In this document: in pieces, positions 30,523 to 40,183 of the stretch
Layout: each line of letters starts with the position of its first letter
How positions within the stretch are numbered: position 1 is the stretch's first letter
Source of the DNA: Candidatus Multivoradales bacterium
GTDB taxonomy: Bacteria > Acidobacteriota > Thermoanaerobaculia > Multivoradales > J023
Assembly (NCBI GenBank): GCA_965248925.1
Contig: CBDFLE010000004.1
Coordinates: 32,001 to 96,000, forward strand
Reading direction: 5' to 3'
DNA length: 64,000 nt
Position numbers and translations under genes: made by a program
Notes under the pieces: model-generated
What the model was told of the DNA's origin: nothing
The model's input: the letters and a program-made list of their open reading frames with translations, nothing else
The model's database searches: none

Positions 30523-32130
30523 ATGTCCTCGGCATTGGCCATCGATCTGGTCTCGCCGTTGCCGCCGGTGCGTTCGGGCATCGCCGACTACAGCGCCGAC
30601 CTGCTGCCGGCACTGGCCGAGTTGGCCGATCTGCGCTTAGTGGAGTTGGCTGGACAGCCGCTGGCCGAGGAGTTCCGTCGGGACTATCCGGTAGTTGCCG
30701 CCGAGCGCTGTGGTGAAGATGGCCGCTTGCCCCTCTACCAGATGGGCAACAACCGCTATCACCTGGAGGTCGAGCAGCTGGCGCGACGCTTGCCGGGAGT
30801 GATGACCTTGCATGACATCGTGCTGCATCACCTGCTCATCGAGCAGACCGCCGAGCGGGGCGACTACGAGTCCTACCGCCAGCGTCTGACCGCCGATCAT
30901 GGCTGGATCGGTGCTGCCGCCGCTTTGCCATTGCGCTGGCCGGGAGGGTCGGGCGACGCCGCCCAATTCGCCCTGGCCGCCCACCGCGGCTTGCTGGCCA
31001 CTCAGCGTGGCGTGGTGGTGCACAGTCGCTGGGCGGCTGATCTGCTCGGCGAGGAACTCGGCGCCGCGGCACGGATCGGCGTGGTGCCGATGGGCATGCC
31101 CCTCGGGGAGCGGGACGGGTTAGCGGCTGGAGAGCCCATTGGATTGGCTTTCCGCCGTCGCCACGCCTTGCCCGAATCCTCGCCGCTGCTCGGCGCCTTT
31201 GGCTTTCAGACGCCGATCAAGCGTACCGACGTGGCGATTCGCGCGCTGGCCGCTCCGGCGCTGGCTGAGGTCCATTTGCTGGTCGCTGGCGAGGTGCCGG
31301 AGATCTATGACCTTGAAGCCGAAGCGCGCCGGGCCGGAGTCGGCGAGCGAGTGCATTTTCTCGGCTTTCTCGACTTCGACGACTGGCAGGCGGGGATCGC
31401 CGCTTGCGATCTGTGCCTCAACCTGCGCTATCCGACCGCTGGCGAGACCTCGGCCTCGCTGTTGCGTATCTTGGCTCTCGGCAAGCCGGTGGTGGTGTCG
31501 GATTTCGCCCAATTCGTTGAACTGCCGGCTGCAATCGCGGTGCGGGTGCCGCTGGGTGAGGGCGAAGTCGCCGCCTTGGCCAAGAGCTTGGCCGAGTTGC
31601 TAGCCGCCCCCGGCAAGCTGGCCGAGATGGCGCTCGCGGCTCGCCGCTTCGTCGCTAGCCAGCATTCCATAGAGGCATCCGCGATGGCCTTGGTCGAGTA
31701 TTGTCGCGGCTGCCAAGAGCAGCCACCGATGGCCCTCGGCGAACCTCGCCTGGCGCCTCCCACTAGCTTGGCGTGGCAGGAGTTTGCCGGGGAAATCGAA
31801 GTCGAGGGCGCCGAGCTTCCCTGGCCGGCCGGAGAGCGCAGGCGGTTGCGGGTGCGGTTGGCCAACACCGGCCAAGCCCGATGGCTGGCCGGCGAGTGTC
31901 TGGCAGGCGGAGTGGCGGTGCAGTTAGAAGTGCTGGCGGGTGGCCGCGATTTGCGGTCGGAGGAGCCTTGGATCGGCCTACCCTTCGATCTCGATCCCGG
32001 CGAGCAGCACTGTTTCGAGGTCGAGTTGCGGCGGCCGTTGGGAGAAGTTCGCTTGCGGCTCTTGCCCCATGTGCTCGACTTCACCGGCTTTCACCACCTC
32101 GGTGGGCCGTGGTGGGAGGCGCGAATTTAG
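30523..32130 (+). CDS. GT4-family glycosyltransferase with C-terminal extra domain
   Basis: SPLPPVRSGIADYS, YQMGNN, LHD, LRYPTAGETSA, GKPVVVSD. Confidence 0.85.
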   Translation: MSSALAIDLVSPLPPVRSGIADYSADLLPALAELADLRLVELAGQPLAEEFRRDYPVVAAERCGEDGRLPLYQMGNNRYHLEVEQLARRLPGVMTLHDIVLHHLLIEQTAERGDYESYRQRLTADHGWIGAAAALPLRWPGGSGDAAQFALAAHRGLLATQRGVVVHSRWAADLLGEELGAAARIGVVPMGMPLGERDGLAAGEPIGLAFRRRHALPESSPLLGAFGFQTPIKRTDVAIRALAAPALAEVHLLVAGEVPEIYDLEAEARRAGVGERVHFLGFLDFDDWQAGIAACDLCLNLRYPTAGETSASLLRILALGKPVVVSDFAQFVELPAAIAVRVPLGEGEVAALAKSLAELLAAPGKLAEMALAARRFVASQHSIEASAMALVEYCRGCQEQPPMALGEPRLAPPTSLAWQEFAGEIEVEGAELPWPAGERRRLRVRLANTGQARWLAGECLAGGVAVQLEVLAGGRDLRSEEPWIGLPFDLDPGEQHCFEVELRRPLGEVRLRLLPHVLDFTGFHHLGGPWWEARI

Positions 32131-32132
32131 AC

Positions 32133-33887
32133 ATGTCGGGATTGACCAATAAGGGGCGTTGGGGCAACCTGGCCGGGTTCAAACTCGGACCGGAAATGCC
32201 GCTACCGCGGTTGCTGTCGTGGACCGCCTTGATCTCTACCTTGGGGCTGCTGCTGATCGGCGGGTTGTTCTATGGCCGCGACAGTTGGCCGGCGCTGCTG
32301 CCCGGCGAAGCGACCTACTTGGCGCAGGCCAGCAGTCTGCTGGAAGACGGCGATCTGCGTTATGAGCGCGGCGACTTCGAGCGTCTGCTGACCGCCTGGG
32401 GCGGTGAGCCCACGGATCTGGAGCTGGCCACCGGCTCGGCCGGCCGCTGGATCACTTTTGATCGGTCCTTCCCCTATTCCCTGTGGTTGGCACCCTTCAT
32501 GGCCTTGCTACCGCGCAGTGGCTTTGCCTTGGCCAACGCCTTATTACTGGCGCTGGCTGCCTGCGCGGCTGGGCGCGTGTTGCAGCGTCGTCTCGGTGAT
32601 CTGGCGCCGCTGTGGGTGACTTTGCTGGTCTTGGCCTCGACAGTCTTCATCGAGGTCTTTCAGGTCGATGGCGATCTTTTCTTGCTGGCCTTGACGGTGC
32701 TGGCGTTCTCGCTGATCGACGATCCGCAGAGTGGTGCTCGCAATGGCATGCTCGCCGGCACGCTGCTGGCGGTGGTGTTTATCACCGAGCCGCTGTACTT
32801 GGCATTGCTGCTGGCCGCCTGGTGGATCGCCTCTCGGCCGGCCAAAAGGGGGCTCGGCCTGGGGTTCCTGGCAGCGTTGCTGGGGTTGGTGTTGGTCGGC
32901 TGGTGGGTTGGCGGTGGGTTGACCTTCGTCGCCGTCGAGCGCTTTCGTTTCACCGCCGAGACCGGTTTTCCGCTGCTCGACTTCACCGCCGGCGAGTGGC
33001 GCCAGCGGGTGCGAGAGCTGGCCGCCTTTCATTGGCGGGGTGCGCCGCAGCTGAGCTGGGGCCTGGATCTCGGTCTGTGGTGGTGGAATGGCATCTACCT
33101 GTGGCTGGGTCGGCATATCGGCCTGTTGCCCTACTTCCCGGCCCTGCTATTGCTGGCCTTGGGTTGGAGCCGGGGGCGGCGCGGGCTGGGATTGGCGTTG
33201 GCACTGATGGCCTGGGTGGTCGGCTTGTTGCTCTTCGAGCCCTTTACCCTTGCCGGGCTGGGAGGCACGTTGGGCAACGGCGCTTTCTTGCCGGTTTTTG
33301 GCGCTCTGTGGTTTGGCCTCAGCGGGCGGTTGAAGACCTGGCTGTGGGGATTGCCGGTTCTCGGGCTGGCGGTTCTCTTCCTGCTGCCGATGTGGCTGGC
33401 ACCTTGGATGTCGCCGCGCGACTCGCTGGGTGACTACCGGCATCTCAGTGCCGCCGCCGCCCGGTTGCCTTTCGAGACCAGTCAGCGCTACGCACCCGTG
33501 GCGGACGAGGGGCGGCTGAACAGTTTCTGGGTGCGTTCGCTGGCCCCTAGCTGTTGGGTCGAATCCGGACGCGAGCGTTTGGTCATGAGTGGCACTGAGC
33601 CGGTGCGTCTGCTGGTGGCTAGCGAACTCGAGCTGGATTTCCTCAGCCTCCGTTTCGGTGCTCAGGCACCGAGTCGACTTGAGGTGCAGCTCGGCAGCTT
33701 GGAAGAGCGAGTGTTGCAGGCCGACGGCGGCATTCTTTTTCGTCTGCGTCCCAGCCTGTTGCAGCGCAGCCACCCCTCGTGGTGGACACCGCAGCGCCTG
33801 TACCTGTACGAGATCACTTTTGAATTGCCGGACATCGGCAGCGACCCCCTTCCCTTCGTGCTCGGTGGTGAAGTGCGGGGCGATTGA
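32133..33887 (+). CDS. Polytopic membrane protein, possibly a GT-C type glycosyltransferase
   Basis: Many TMs; GEATYLAQASSLLEDGDL after the first TM; directly follows the GT4 gene. Confidence 0.6.
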   Translation: MSGLTNKGRWGNLAGFKLGPEMPLPRLLSWTALISTLGLLLIGGLFYGRDSWPALLPGEATYLAQASSLLEDGDLRYERGDFERLLTAWGGEPTDLELATGSAGRWITFDRSFPYSLWLAPFMALLPRSGFALANALLLALAACAAGRVLQRRLGDLAPLWVTLLVLASTVFIEVFQVDGDLFLLALTVLAFSLIDDPQSGARNGMLAGTLLAVVFITEPLYLALLLAAWWIASRPAKRGLGLGFLAALLGLVLVGWWVGGGLTFVAVERFRFTAETGFPLLDFTAGEWRQRVRELAAFHWRGAPQLSWGLDLGLWWWNGIYLWLGRHIGLLPYFPALLLLALGWSRGRRGLGLALALMAWVVGLLLFEPFTLAGLGGTLGNGAFLPVFGALWFGLSGRLKTWLWGLPVLGLAVLFLLPMWLAPWMSPRDSLGDYRHLSAAAARLPFETSQRYAPVADEGRLNSFWVRSLAPSCWVESGRERLVMSGTEPVRLLVASELELDFLSLRFGAQAPSRLEVQLGSLEERVLQADGGILFRLRPSLLQRSHPSWWTPQRLYLYEITFELPDIGSDPLPFVLGGEVRGD

Positions 33888-33897
33888 GGGAGAGACA

Positions 33898-34494
33898 ATG
33901 AGCGACCCGCAATGGCAGAGTTGGATTATCGAGCTGCGCCGCCGTCTGCAGCTGCCGGTGGCGCGTCGCCTTCCCCCCAGCGATCATCGGCAGGCCGCGG
34001 TGCTGGTGCCGCTCTACGTTGATGCAGGGGAGCTGTGGGTGCTGCTCACCAAGCGCTCAGAGGAGCTACCGCACCACAAAGGCCAGATCGCCTTTCCCGG
34101 CGGCAGTCTGGAACCGGGGGAGGATGCTTGGGACGGTGCCTTGCGTGAGACCCACGAAGAGTTGGGTATCGAGCCGCAGCGCGTGCTGCGCATCGGCGAA
34201 CTCGATGAATCCGAGACGCCGAGCGGCTTTCGCATCGTCCCCTGCGTCGGAGCGGTGCCCTTTCCGGTCGAGACCCAGCCGAATCCGGGCGAGATCGAAG
34301 AAGTTTTCCCGGTTCCCCTCTCGGCCTTCACCAATTCGACGATGATCGAAGACCGGGTGGTCGAGATCGATGGCAAGAAACTCATGTTGCGCCTCTATCA
34401 CGTCGCCGGCCGCACGGTTTGGGGTCTGACCGCCCGCATCGTCCAAATGCTGTTAGTGCGGCTCGGCATGGAGACCGAAGAGCTACCCAATTGA
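33898..34494 (+). CDS. Nudix CoA pyrophosphatase (NudL-like)
   Basis: AAVLVPL, LLTKRS..L.HHKGQIAFPGG, ALRETHEELG, VWGLTA. Confidence 0.9.
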   Translation: MSDPQWQSWIIELRRRLQLPVARRLPPSDHRQAAVLVPLYVDAGELWVLLTKRSEELPHHKGQIAFPGGSLEPGEDAWDGALRETHEELGIEPQRVLRIGELDESETPSGFRIVPCVGAVPFPVETQPNPGEIEEVFPVPLSAFTNSTMIEDRVVEIDGKKLMLRLYHVAGRTVWGLTARIVQMLLVRLGMETEELPN

Positions 34495-34555
34495 GCCCAT
34501 TGCTGGATTGGCGCGGGAGACTCGTGGTTGTGCGATCTAGTGGCTACCTTGCCCT

Positions 34556-35209
34556 CTACGGCTCCACCCAAGAGCCGTCGTCGCTGAGGGCCGGATAGGG
34601 CTTGGCCTGGCGCCGGAACTGCTCTGCGTGTTTGGGATAGCACCACTCGAAGAGCAGCTGCTCAAACCGCCCGCTGGAGATTCGTGGCTGATCATAGAGT
34701 CCCGCCCTTGCCCTCTGCCGTTGAGCTTCGTAGAGAATCACCGCACCCGCCACTGAGACATTCAACGATTGGCCGGCTCCCATCATCGGAATCACAATGC
34801 AGCCATCGGCCACCGCCAGTGCTGATTCGCCGATCCCCTCGCGTTCGGCGCCGAGCAAGATCGCGGTCGGCTGGGTGTAGTCGGCGTCGCGGTAGTCGAT
34901 GGCGTCGGCGGTGAAATGGGCAGCAAGGATCTGGCAGTCGAGAGTTTGCCGTAGGTGCTCAGCAGCAGTCTCGTGGTCAGGGTGAGTGATCACCTTGACC
35001 CACTTGCGCACCCCGCCGGCACTCTGGTGAGAAGGTTTGAAACTGTCCTTCGGCGAAACCGCGTGGATCTCCATCACCCCCACCGCGTCGGCGGTGCGGA
35101 CCAAGGCGGAGACATTGTGCTCATTCTGAACGTTGTCGACGAAGACCGTTAGATCGGGCTGCTTGTGAGCAAGCACCTGGCGGAGTCGGCGGAAACGACG
35201 AGGAGTCAT
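34556..35209 (-). CDS. trmH: tRNA (Gm18) 2'-O-methyltransferase
   Basis: MTPRR, HNVSALVRTADAVG, GAEREG, IPMMG..QSLNVSVA, LFEW.YP. Confidence 0.9.
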   Translation of the reverse strand: MTPRRFRRLRQVLAHKQPDLTVFVDNVQNEHNVSALVRTADAVGVMEIHAVSPKDSFKPSHQSAGGVRKWVKVITHPDHETAAEHLRQTLDCQILAAHFTADAIDYRDADYTQPTAILLGAEREGIGESALAVADGCIVIPMMGAGQSLNVSVAGAVILYEAQRQRARAGLYDQPRISSGRFEQLLFEWCYPKHAEQFRRQAKPYPALSDDGSWVEP

Positions 35210-35447
35210 TGGCGGATGATATCCGATTTTTAGCGGCAGCTGGTGCCACCGGCGCCTGGAAGGGTGAAGTCTTGGGGGTGTGAACTGCCTCTCAAATCGA
35301 CTGGGCCAGAACCAGGGGAGCACGGCACTCGACCATGGGCACCCGATACGAGCACCCATCGACGAGAAAGTGAACTTTACGAAGCTGAGAATCAGCAGCC
35401 GCTGCGGATGTTGCCGAGGCGGTAGGCACGTCGTTGGGGACAGTACC

Positions 35448-35837
35448 CTACCGAGAGCGCCAACTAGCTTCAGGAACAGATCTTGCTACAACATCAATGC
35501 AATCATCATCTGTGAAAATTGCATAGTGAGTCAAGTCGAATTCTTCTAGCACGCCACCACTCTCTCTCTCAAGCCAAGCGACCCACTTAGAGTCTTCCAC
35601 TTCCAGGAGGCCCGGATGCGTCGGTGTTTCAAGCGTCCTCCAAGTCTCAAGCCTGTAACTCTCATCAATGCATCGGTATGCAACAACATCAGTAAATAAT
35701 AAGCGTAGAATATGTTCATTTGCTGTATCAATAAGTAAGAGTTCTAACCCGTCGGCTTCGTCCCTCAAGCTTAAAACGGTGAGTCTATGTGGGATGCCTG
35801 CAAGAGGGAGCCAGTCGCTATATTTCTCAACGTTCAC
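35448..35837 (-). CDS. Putative immunity protein for Rhs toxin tip 3
   Basis: Small acidic ORF of lower GC whose start overlaps the toxin stop. Confidence 0.75.
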   Translation of the reverse strand: MNVEKYSDWLPLAGIPHRLTVLSLRDEADGLELLLIDTANEHILRLLFTDVVAYRCIDESYRLETWRTLETPTHPGLLEVEDSKWVAWLERESGGVLEEFDLTHYAIFTDDDCIDVVARSVPEASWRSR

Positions 35838-37828
35838 TAATCCATCTCCAGAAATCGGATCTTAATCGGATTTGCTCCACCCTGAATCTCAAGCGTAGGC
35901 GAACCGGCTGAACTGCTCGGGCGAACAACAACTGTTCGGCCGTCGGGAAGTGTACCAACTCTGACGCCATTGCCCTTGTCCGTTACACCTTGAAGATGCA
36001 GTGCGTCAAAATCTGCGTTGGCTTGCTGAACTCCACCACTCCTCTCAAATTTCACTGCCCGGCCGTTTCTCATCTGGCCAGGATTTGTCCTCCTAGCGTC
36101 CGCGAGGATGTCATCTAGGCTCCCCCTTGGAACTGCGCGCGATCCCCGTTGAAAGACCTTACCAAGTCGAGCAAAGACAGCAGACAGCTTTGACCCAACA
36201 CTAGGAAGTGCTTTTCGAGTAACAGCGACAACAAGAGTCGTCTCGTCGACTGGCGAGAGAAGGCTGGCAGCAAACAGTGCTCCCATTCCCCGAGCATTGA
36301 TGTTCTCAATGTACTGCTCCTGGGTGATCTCGCCCCGCATCAAGCGCTGTATATCTTGTTCGAGAGCCATCGCCGCACGGCTTTCTCGCCCATTGGGGTC
36401 GATCTCGTTGATCGGGTTGTTTCCCGCATAGGAATAGCGGTTCCAGCTTCCCGGCGCGCTGGGCTTGGCGGACTTCGCCGGATCGACACTCAAGAACCGC
36501 CCCACCACCGGACTGCAATGCCGAGCATGCATGTAGTCCAGCTCGCTCCGGCTGCCTGTGCCCGTCTTGTCTCGCTCATGCCCTGTAAACTTCAGCTGGA
36601 TCTCGTCAGCTCCCGGGTTGGTCGCTTCCTGGCCAAACGGGTAATAGTTGTGCAGCGCCACCTGCTGACCACCCCGAGTGATCTGCCGAGGCGTACCTAA
36701 ATGATCAAGATGGAGATGTGAGGTCATCTCGCCACCGCTACCCTCGGGCTCGATGGTGGCGAGAGGCTGCCCGCCACGATGAACGTAGTCTCGGCTCCAG
36801 CCGAATGCGCCGCCAGCTGGCTGATCGTAGACCCGCAGAACCTCGTTCCCAAGCCCACGCAGGGTCCAGGTGAGGCTGGCGGGCTGGGTGGTGCAGGTGC
36901 TGGTGGCGCCGGGGCCGAAGCAGTCGAAGGTGAGGATCCGCTCGCCCTCTGCGTTGTAGATGTAGACCCGTGCTTGATCGGTGTTCGAGCGCAGGTGCTT
37001 CATCATGTTGGCGCCGTCGAAGGCATAGTCGAAGCTCTCGCTACCGAGGGTGATGTCGGTCAGATTGCCGGCCGCGTCGTATTGAGCGCCCGAGAGGCCG
37101 AGGCGATTGGTGGTGGCGTTGGGGTTGAGGTTGAGAGCCGCGAAACCGGGTGTTGATAGTTGCTGGATGTTGCCGAAATTGTCATAGGTCGCCGTCTGGG
37201 TGAACCGGGTGGCGCCGACGGAGGTCTGGCCGGAGCGTAATCGGCCGAGGCGGTCATAACGATAGTCCAGGTTGCCGATGGCGGAAATATTTCCAGCTCC
37301 GTCGTAGGCGAAGTTACCGCTGCTCCAGCCCGCAGAGGTGGTCAGCTGGTGCGGCCGGGCGAGGCCGTTCAAGCTGCTGACTTCTTGGCTGTCGACCACA
37401 CCATCGCCGTGGGTGAGCTGATGCAGCATGCCACCGCTCTGGTAGGTGAGGTTGTTGGCGAATCCAGGCACGGACCTGAGCATACCCTTTTCGTATTTGA
37501 AACTCACCGTGCGCTGCGGATCGTTGGTGGCACAGCCACCGTCGGCGTGCTGGCAGCTGGGGTAGTCGAGTTGCGACAAATTGCCCTGGGTGTCATACCC
37601 GAATCCCGTGGTGAAGGCGTAGTTGCCGGCGAAGAACTGGTAGCGAGTCTGCTTCTCCGACATCAAGCCCTGGCGACCGCTGTAGCGGAAGCTCTCGGAG
37701 AGCTTGACGTCGAGGGAGCCGGGCTCGGGGGCCAGGGGATTCTGGATGTCAACCCAGTTGTGGCGCACCGTCTGCACCAGCCGAGGCGGGTGGCACGTTG
37801 TTGGCATTGTTGCCGATGTGGGTGGCAT
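35837..37828 (-). CDS. Orphan Rhs module: partial core plus C-terminal toxin tip 3
   Basis: About 430 aa nearly identical to the main Rhs, DPNG cleavage motif, unrelated tip; translation start doubtful. Confidence 0.85.
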   Translation of the reverse strand: MPPTSATMPTTCHPPRLVQTVRHNWVDIQNPLAPEPGSLDVKLSESFRYSGRQGLMSEKQTRYQFFAGNYAFTTGFGYDTQGNLSQLDYPSCQHADGGCATNDPQRTVSFKYEKGMLRSVPGFANNLTYQSGGMLHQLTHGDGVVDSQEVSSLNGLARPHQLTTSAGWSSGNFAYDGAGNISAIGNLDYRYDRLGRLRSGQTSVGATRFTQTATYDNFGNIQQLSTPGFAALNLNPNATTNRLGLSGAQYDAAGNLTDITLGSESFDYAFDGANMMKHLRSNTDQARVYIYNAEGERILTFDCFGPGATSTCTTQPASLTWTLRGLGNEVLRVYDQPAGGAFGWSRDYVHRGGQPLATIEPEGSGGEMTSHLHLDHLGTPRQITRGGQQVALHNYYPFGQEATNPGADEIQLKFTGHERDKTGTGSRSELDYMHARHCSPVVGRFLSVDPAKSAKPSAPGSWNRYSYAGNNPINEIDPNGRESRAAMALEQDIQRLMRGEITQEQYIENINARGMGALFAASLLSPVDETTLVVAVTRKALPSVGSKLSAVFARLGKVFQRGSRAVPRGSLDDILADARRTNPGQMRNGRAVKFERSGGVQQANADFDALHLQGVTDKGNGVRVGTLPDGRTVVVRPSSSAGSPTLEIQGGANPIKIRFLEMD
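36480..37781. repeat. 1.3-kb direct repeat of the rhs core (second copy 46555-47856)
   Basis: Both ends align at the same 10075-bp offset; encoded proteins nearly identical. Confidence 0.92.
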
Positions 37829-37841
37829 GCCTGATGGAACC

Positions 37842-38300
37842 CTAGTCGGGCAGCGCCCTCAGAATATCCATGATGCCGGAGTAGTAGCTGCTCTCCTGTG
37901 GAGAAATCGATTTCATTTTGGAAAAAAAATGTAGGCCTGCCCTCTTGAAAGCTTCGAAAAATTCCATAGAGTACGCCTCAATTTCCTTTGATTCTCCATC
38001 CCACTCTAGCTTCATGACAACTCTCTGTGCCTTCTGAAAGTAGAGCACCGAGATGTCGATAGGCTGATCCGGGAAAGAAGTCGTGGCCTTCCCGTATTTC
38101 TTAGCTCTCGCAAGGCAGTCGACGACAAGTGACCAAAGCACTTCAATCAAGTCGCCATACTCTTCATCCATCAGTGTTCGAGAATCGCTGGAGACAAGAA
38201 GAACTCCGGCCAAGTACTCCGGGTCATGAATAAGCTGATCAAATTCATCCAAGGGAACAAAGTTCCCATTCTGTAGAAGAAGCGTACGAACAGAAACCAT
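37842..38300 (-). CDS. Putative immunity protein for Rhs toxin tip 2
   Basis: Lower-GC 152-aa ORF whose ATG overlaps the toxin stop. Confidence 0.75.
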   Translation of the reverse strand: MVSVRTLLLQNGNFVPLDEFDQLIHDPEYLAGVLLVSSDSRTLMDEEYGDLIEVLWSLVVDCLARAKKYGKATTSFPDQPIDISVLYFQKAQRVVMKLEWDGESKEIEAYSMEFFEAFKRAGLHFFSKMKSISPQESSYYSGIMDILRALPD

Positions 38301-39397
38301 CAGGCAGCACCTTCAGGAAATGCGGTGACGATTCGTCCGCGACGAACCACTACTCGATACACGATTCCATCAACGGTACCTCTCAAGACGACTCTCAAGT
38401 CGCTCCCTAACGCCATCCTGTTTCTGTTCTGCTGCAGCACGGCCCCAATTATCCCGGTGAGATCTTCGATCTTGCTACTGTCCGCAAAGAAACTCTGTAC
38501 TTTTGAGACTGACCCGTCCCAAAATTGGGGGTGATGCCGGCTCAAAATATGAGTCAGACCCTTGCGGTCAAGCTGAACAACGTTCTTTCCAAATCTGAAT
38601 CTTGTTGCTCGTATTCCTCGAGTTGCATTGGCGACTTTCTGTGGGCGAGCTACCCGAAGAAACAGCCTTGATGCCCGGGCAACCTTGACAGAAGCTGATG
38701 CTCCTCCAGGGATCCCAGGTACACTTGTCGCAGCTAAATCTAATGCGAGCGCTACGCTATCAACGATCACGCCACCTACATTTCCTGAGACGATATTCGT
38801 TGCCAAACTGGCAGTGCCGATGCTGACATTCGCTACATCCCAGACGGTTTCTATCGCCCGCCCATCCGGGTCGACAAAATTTATCGGACCGTTGGCACCG
38901 TATGTATATCGATTCCAGCTCTGTGGATGTGGAGTTGTGGCCGACTTCGCCGGATCCACACTCAAAAACCGCCCCACCACCGGGCTGCAATGCCGAGCAT
39001 GCATATAGTCCAGCTCGGAGCGGCTGCCGGTCCCGGTCTTGTCCCGCTCATGACCAGTGAATTTCAGCTGAATCTCATCCGCCCCCGAGTCGGTCGCCTC
39101 CTGGCCAAACGGGAAGTAGCCGTGCAACGCCACCTGCTGTCCGCCTCGGGTGAAGGGGACAGCCCGACGCGGTTTCCAGCTTGAGAGCTGGTAACCCTCT
39201 ATGCCTGTTCTACTTAAGCCTCGCTCGGCCCTACTGCCGGCGGGGTCTTGGTGCTCGAAGGTCCAGAGGCGAGTTTCGGCGTAGCTCGACTCGGAGATCG
39301 GCGCGATCGCTGTTGCCGGCATCGTCACCGCCAGGAGCGCGACGACCAGCCCGAGCGCCATCGTCCAAGTGCTTCTTCCTTTAGCTGCCTGCCTCAT
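38300..39397 (-). CDS. Signal-peptide leader fused to an Rhs-associated core end and toxin tip 2 (EndoU-like nuclease?)
   Basis: Signal peptide, then TRGGQQVALH...KFTGHERD...DPDGR, tip with HILSRHHP...GRIVTAFP. Confidence 0.8.
   Translation of the reverse strand: MRQAAKGRSTWTMALGLVVALLAVTMPATAIAPISESSYAETRLWTFEHQDPAGSRAERGLSRTGIEGYQLSSWKPRRAVPFTRGGQQVALHGYFPFGQEATDSGADEIQLKFTGHERDKTGTGSRSELDYMHARHCSPVVGRFLSVDPAKSATTPHPQSWNRYTYGANGPINFVDPDGRAIETVWDVANVSIGTASLATNIVSGNVGGVIVDSVALALDLAATSVPGIPGGASASVKVARASRLFLRVARPQKVANATRGIRATRFRFGKNVVQLDRKGLTHILSRHHPQFWDGSVSKVQSFFADSSKIEDLTGIIGAVLQQNRNRMALGSDLRVVLRGTVDGIVYRVVVRRGRIVTAFPEGAA
39122..39153. repeat. 32-bp perfect direct repeat bounding the element (partner 46725-46756)
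   Basis: GTGCAACGCCACCTGCTGTCCGCCTCGGGTGA in both places; rhs homology stops abruptly at 39153. Confidence 0.9.
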
Positions 39398-39861
39398 GCC
39401 GGGCCATTCTACGCCGCGGGTGGCGCTCGAAGACAGCGGCTAAAGGAGGAAGGGTGGTTGGTGCGGAGGCGGGATGCGGTTTTCTTAGGCCGCTTTCTTC
39501 GGGCAGTGGGTGTTTTCTTAGGTCGTTTTCGTTGGGCTGGTCGTCGGAGCGAGCGCGGGTCTTTCCGGCAGTTTGGTGCCGGCGGCACAGAGGGCAGCCG
39601 CCAAACCAATCTGCACGTTGGGGGCGTGGTGGCGGCGGGGCCGGAGCCGAGCACGGCGACCGCAGGGCGCCGCGCGCAGGGTACGGAGGCCACGACGCAG
39701 GGCGGGTCTTGGGAGGAGGATGGGGAGCCCCCTTGAGGGGGCGGACGGGTCCGGGCCGAGCCGTCGCAGTGCAAGTCGGTGGATCTCGGCAAGGAGGCCA
39801 AGAGCGGGGCGTGCTTCCGAAGCCGCTGACCTTCGACGGCCACCAACGTGCTCGCCCCAAG

Positions 39862-39887
39862 TTTCCATAATGCACGCGTTATGGAAA
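39862..39887. other. dif/cer-like recombination site
   Basis: TTTCCATAA-TGCACGCG-TTATGGAAA: perfect 9-bp arms with CATAA/TTATG cores and an 8-bp spacer, about 300 bp downstream of the recombinase gene. Confidence 0.7.
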
Positions 39888-40183
39888 GGCCGTAGGCCCG
39901 GAGCCGGGGCGTGTGAGGGCCAGGTCGGATAGGGCGCGCACTATCCGACAGCGACCCATGCAAGCCGCGTGACATCTGGGAGGTCCGAGGAGGGGCCCAG
40001 GTGGCGCGCGGCTTGCGGAGCGGCTGGCCCGTGCCCGGAGGGAGCGCAGCGACCGGAGGGACACACGCCCCGGCGGAGCTTGGGGCGAGCTTTCGGAGAC
40101 TCTTTTCTTGGACTACCTGAAGCCTCGCTCCGGGCCGGTGATCGGAGGGCTCAGGTGGTGGATCGCAGATGCTCGGGCGGGGG

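Noticed and set aside
39862-39887. Chromosomal dif site
   Set aside because: The 8-bp spacer and symmetric arms differ from dif, and the site lies within the element next to its own recombinase
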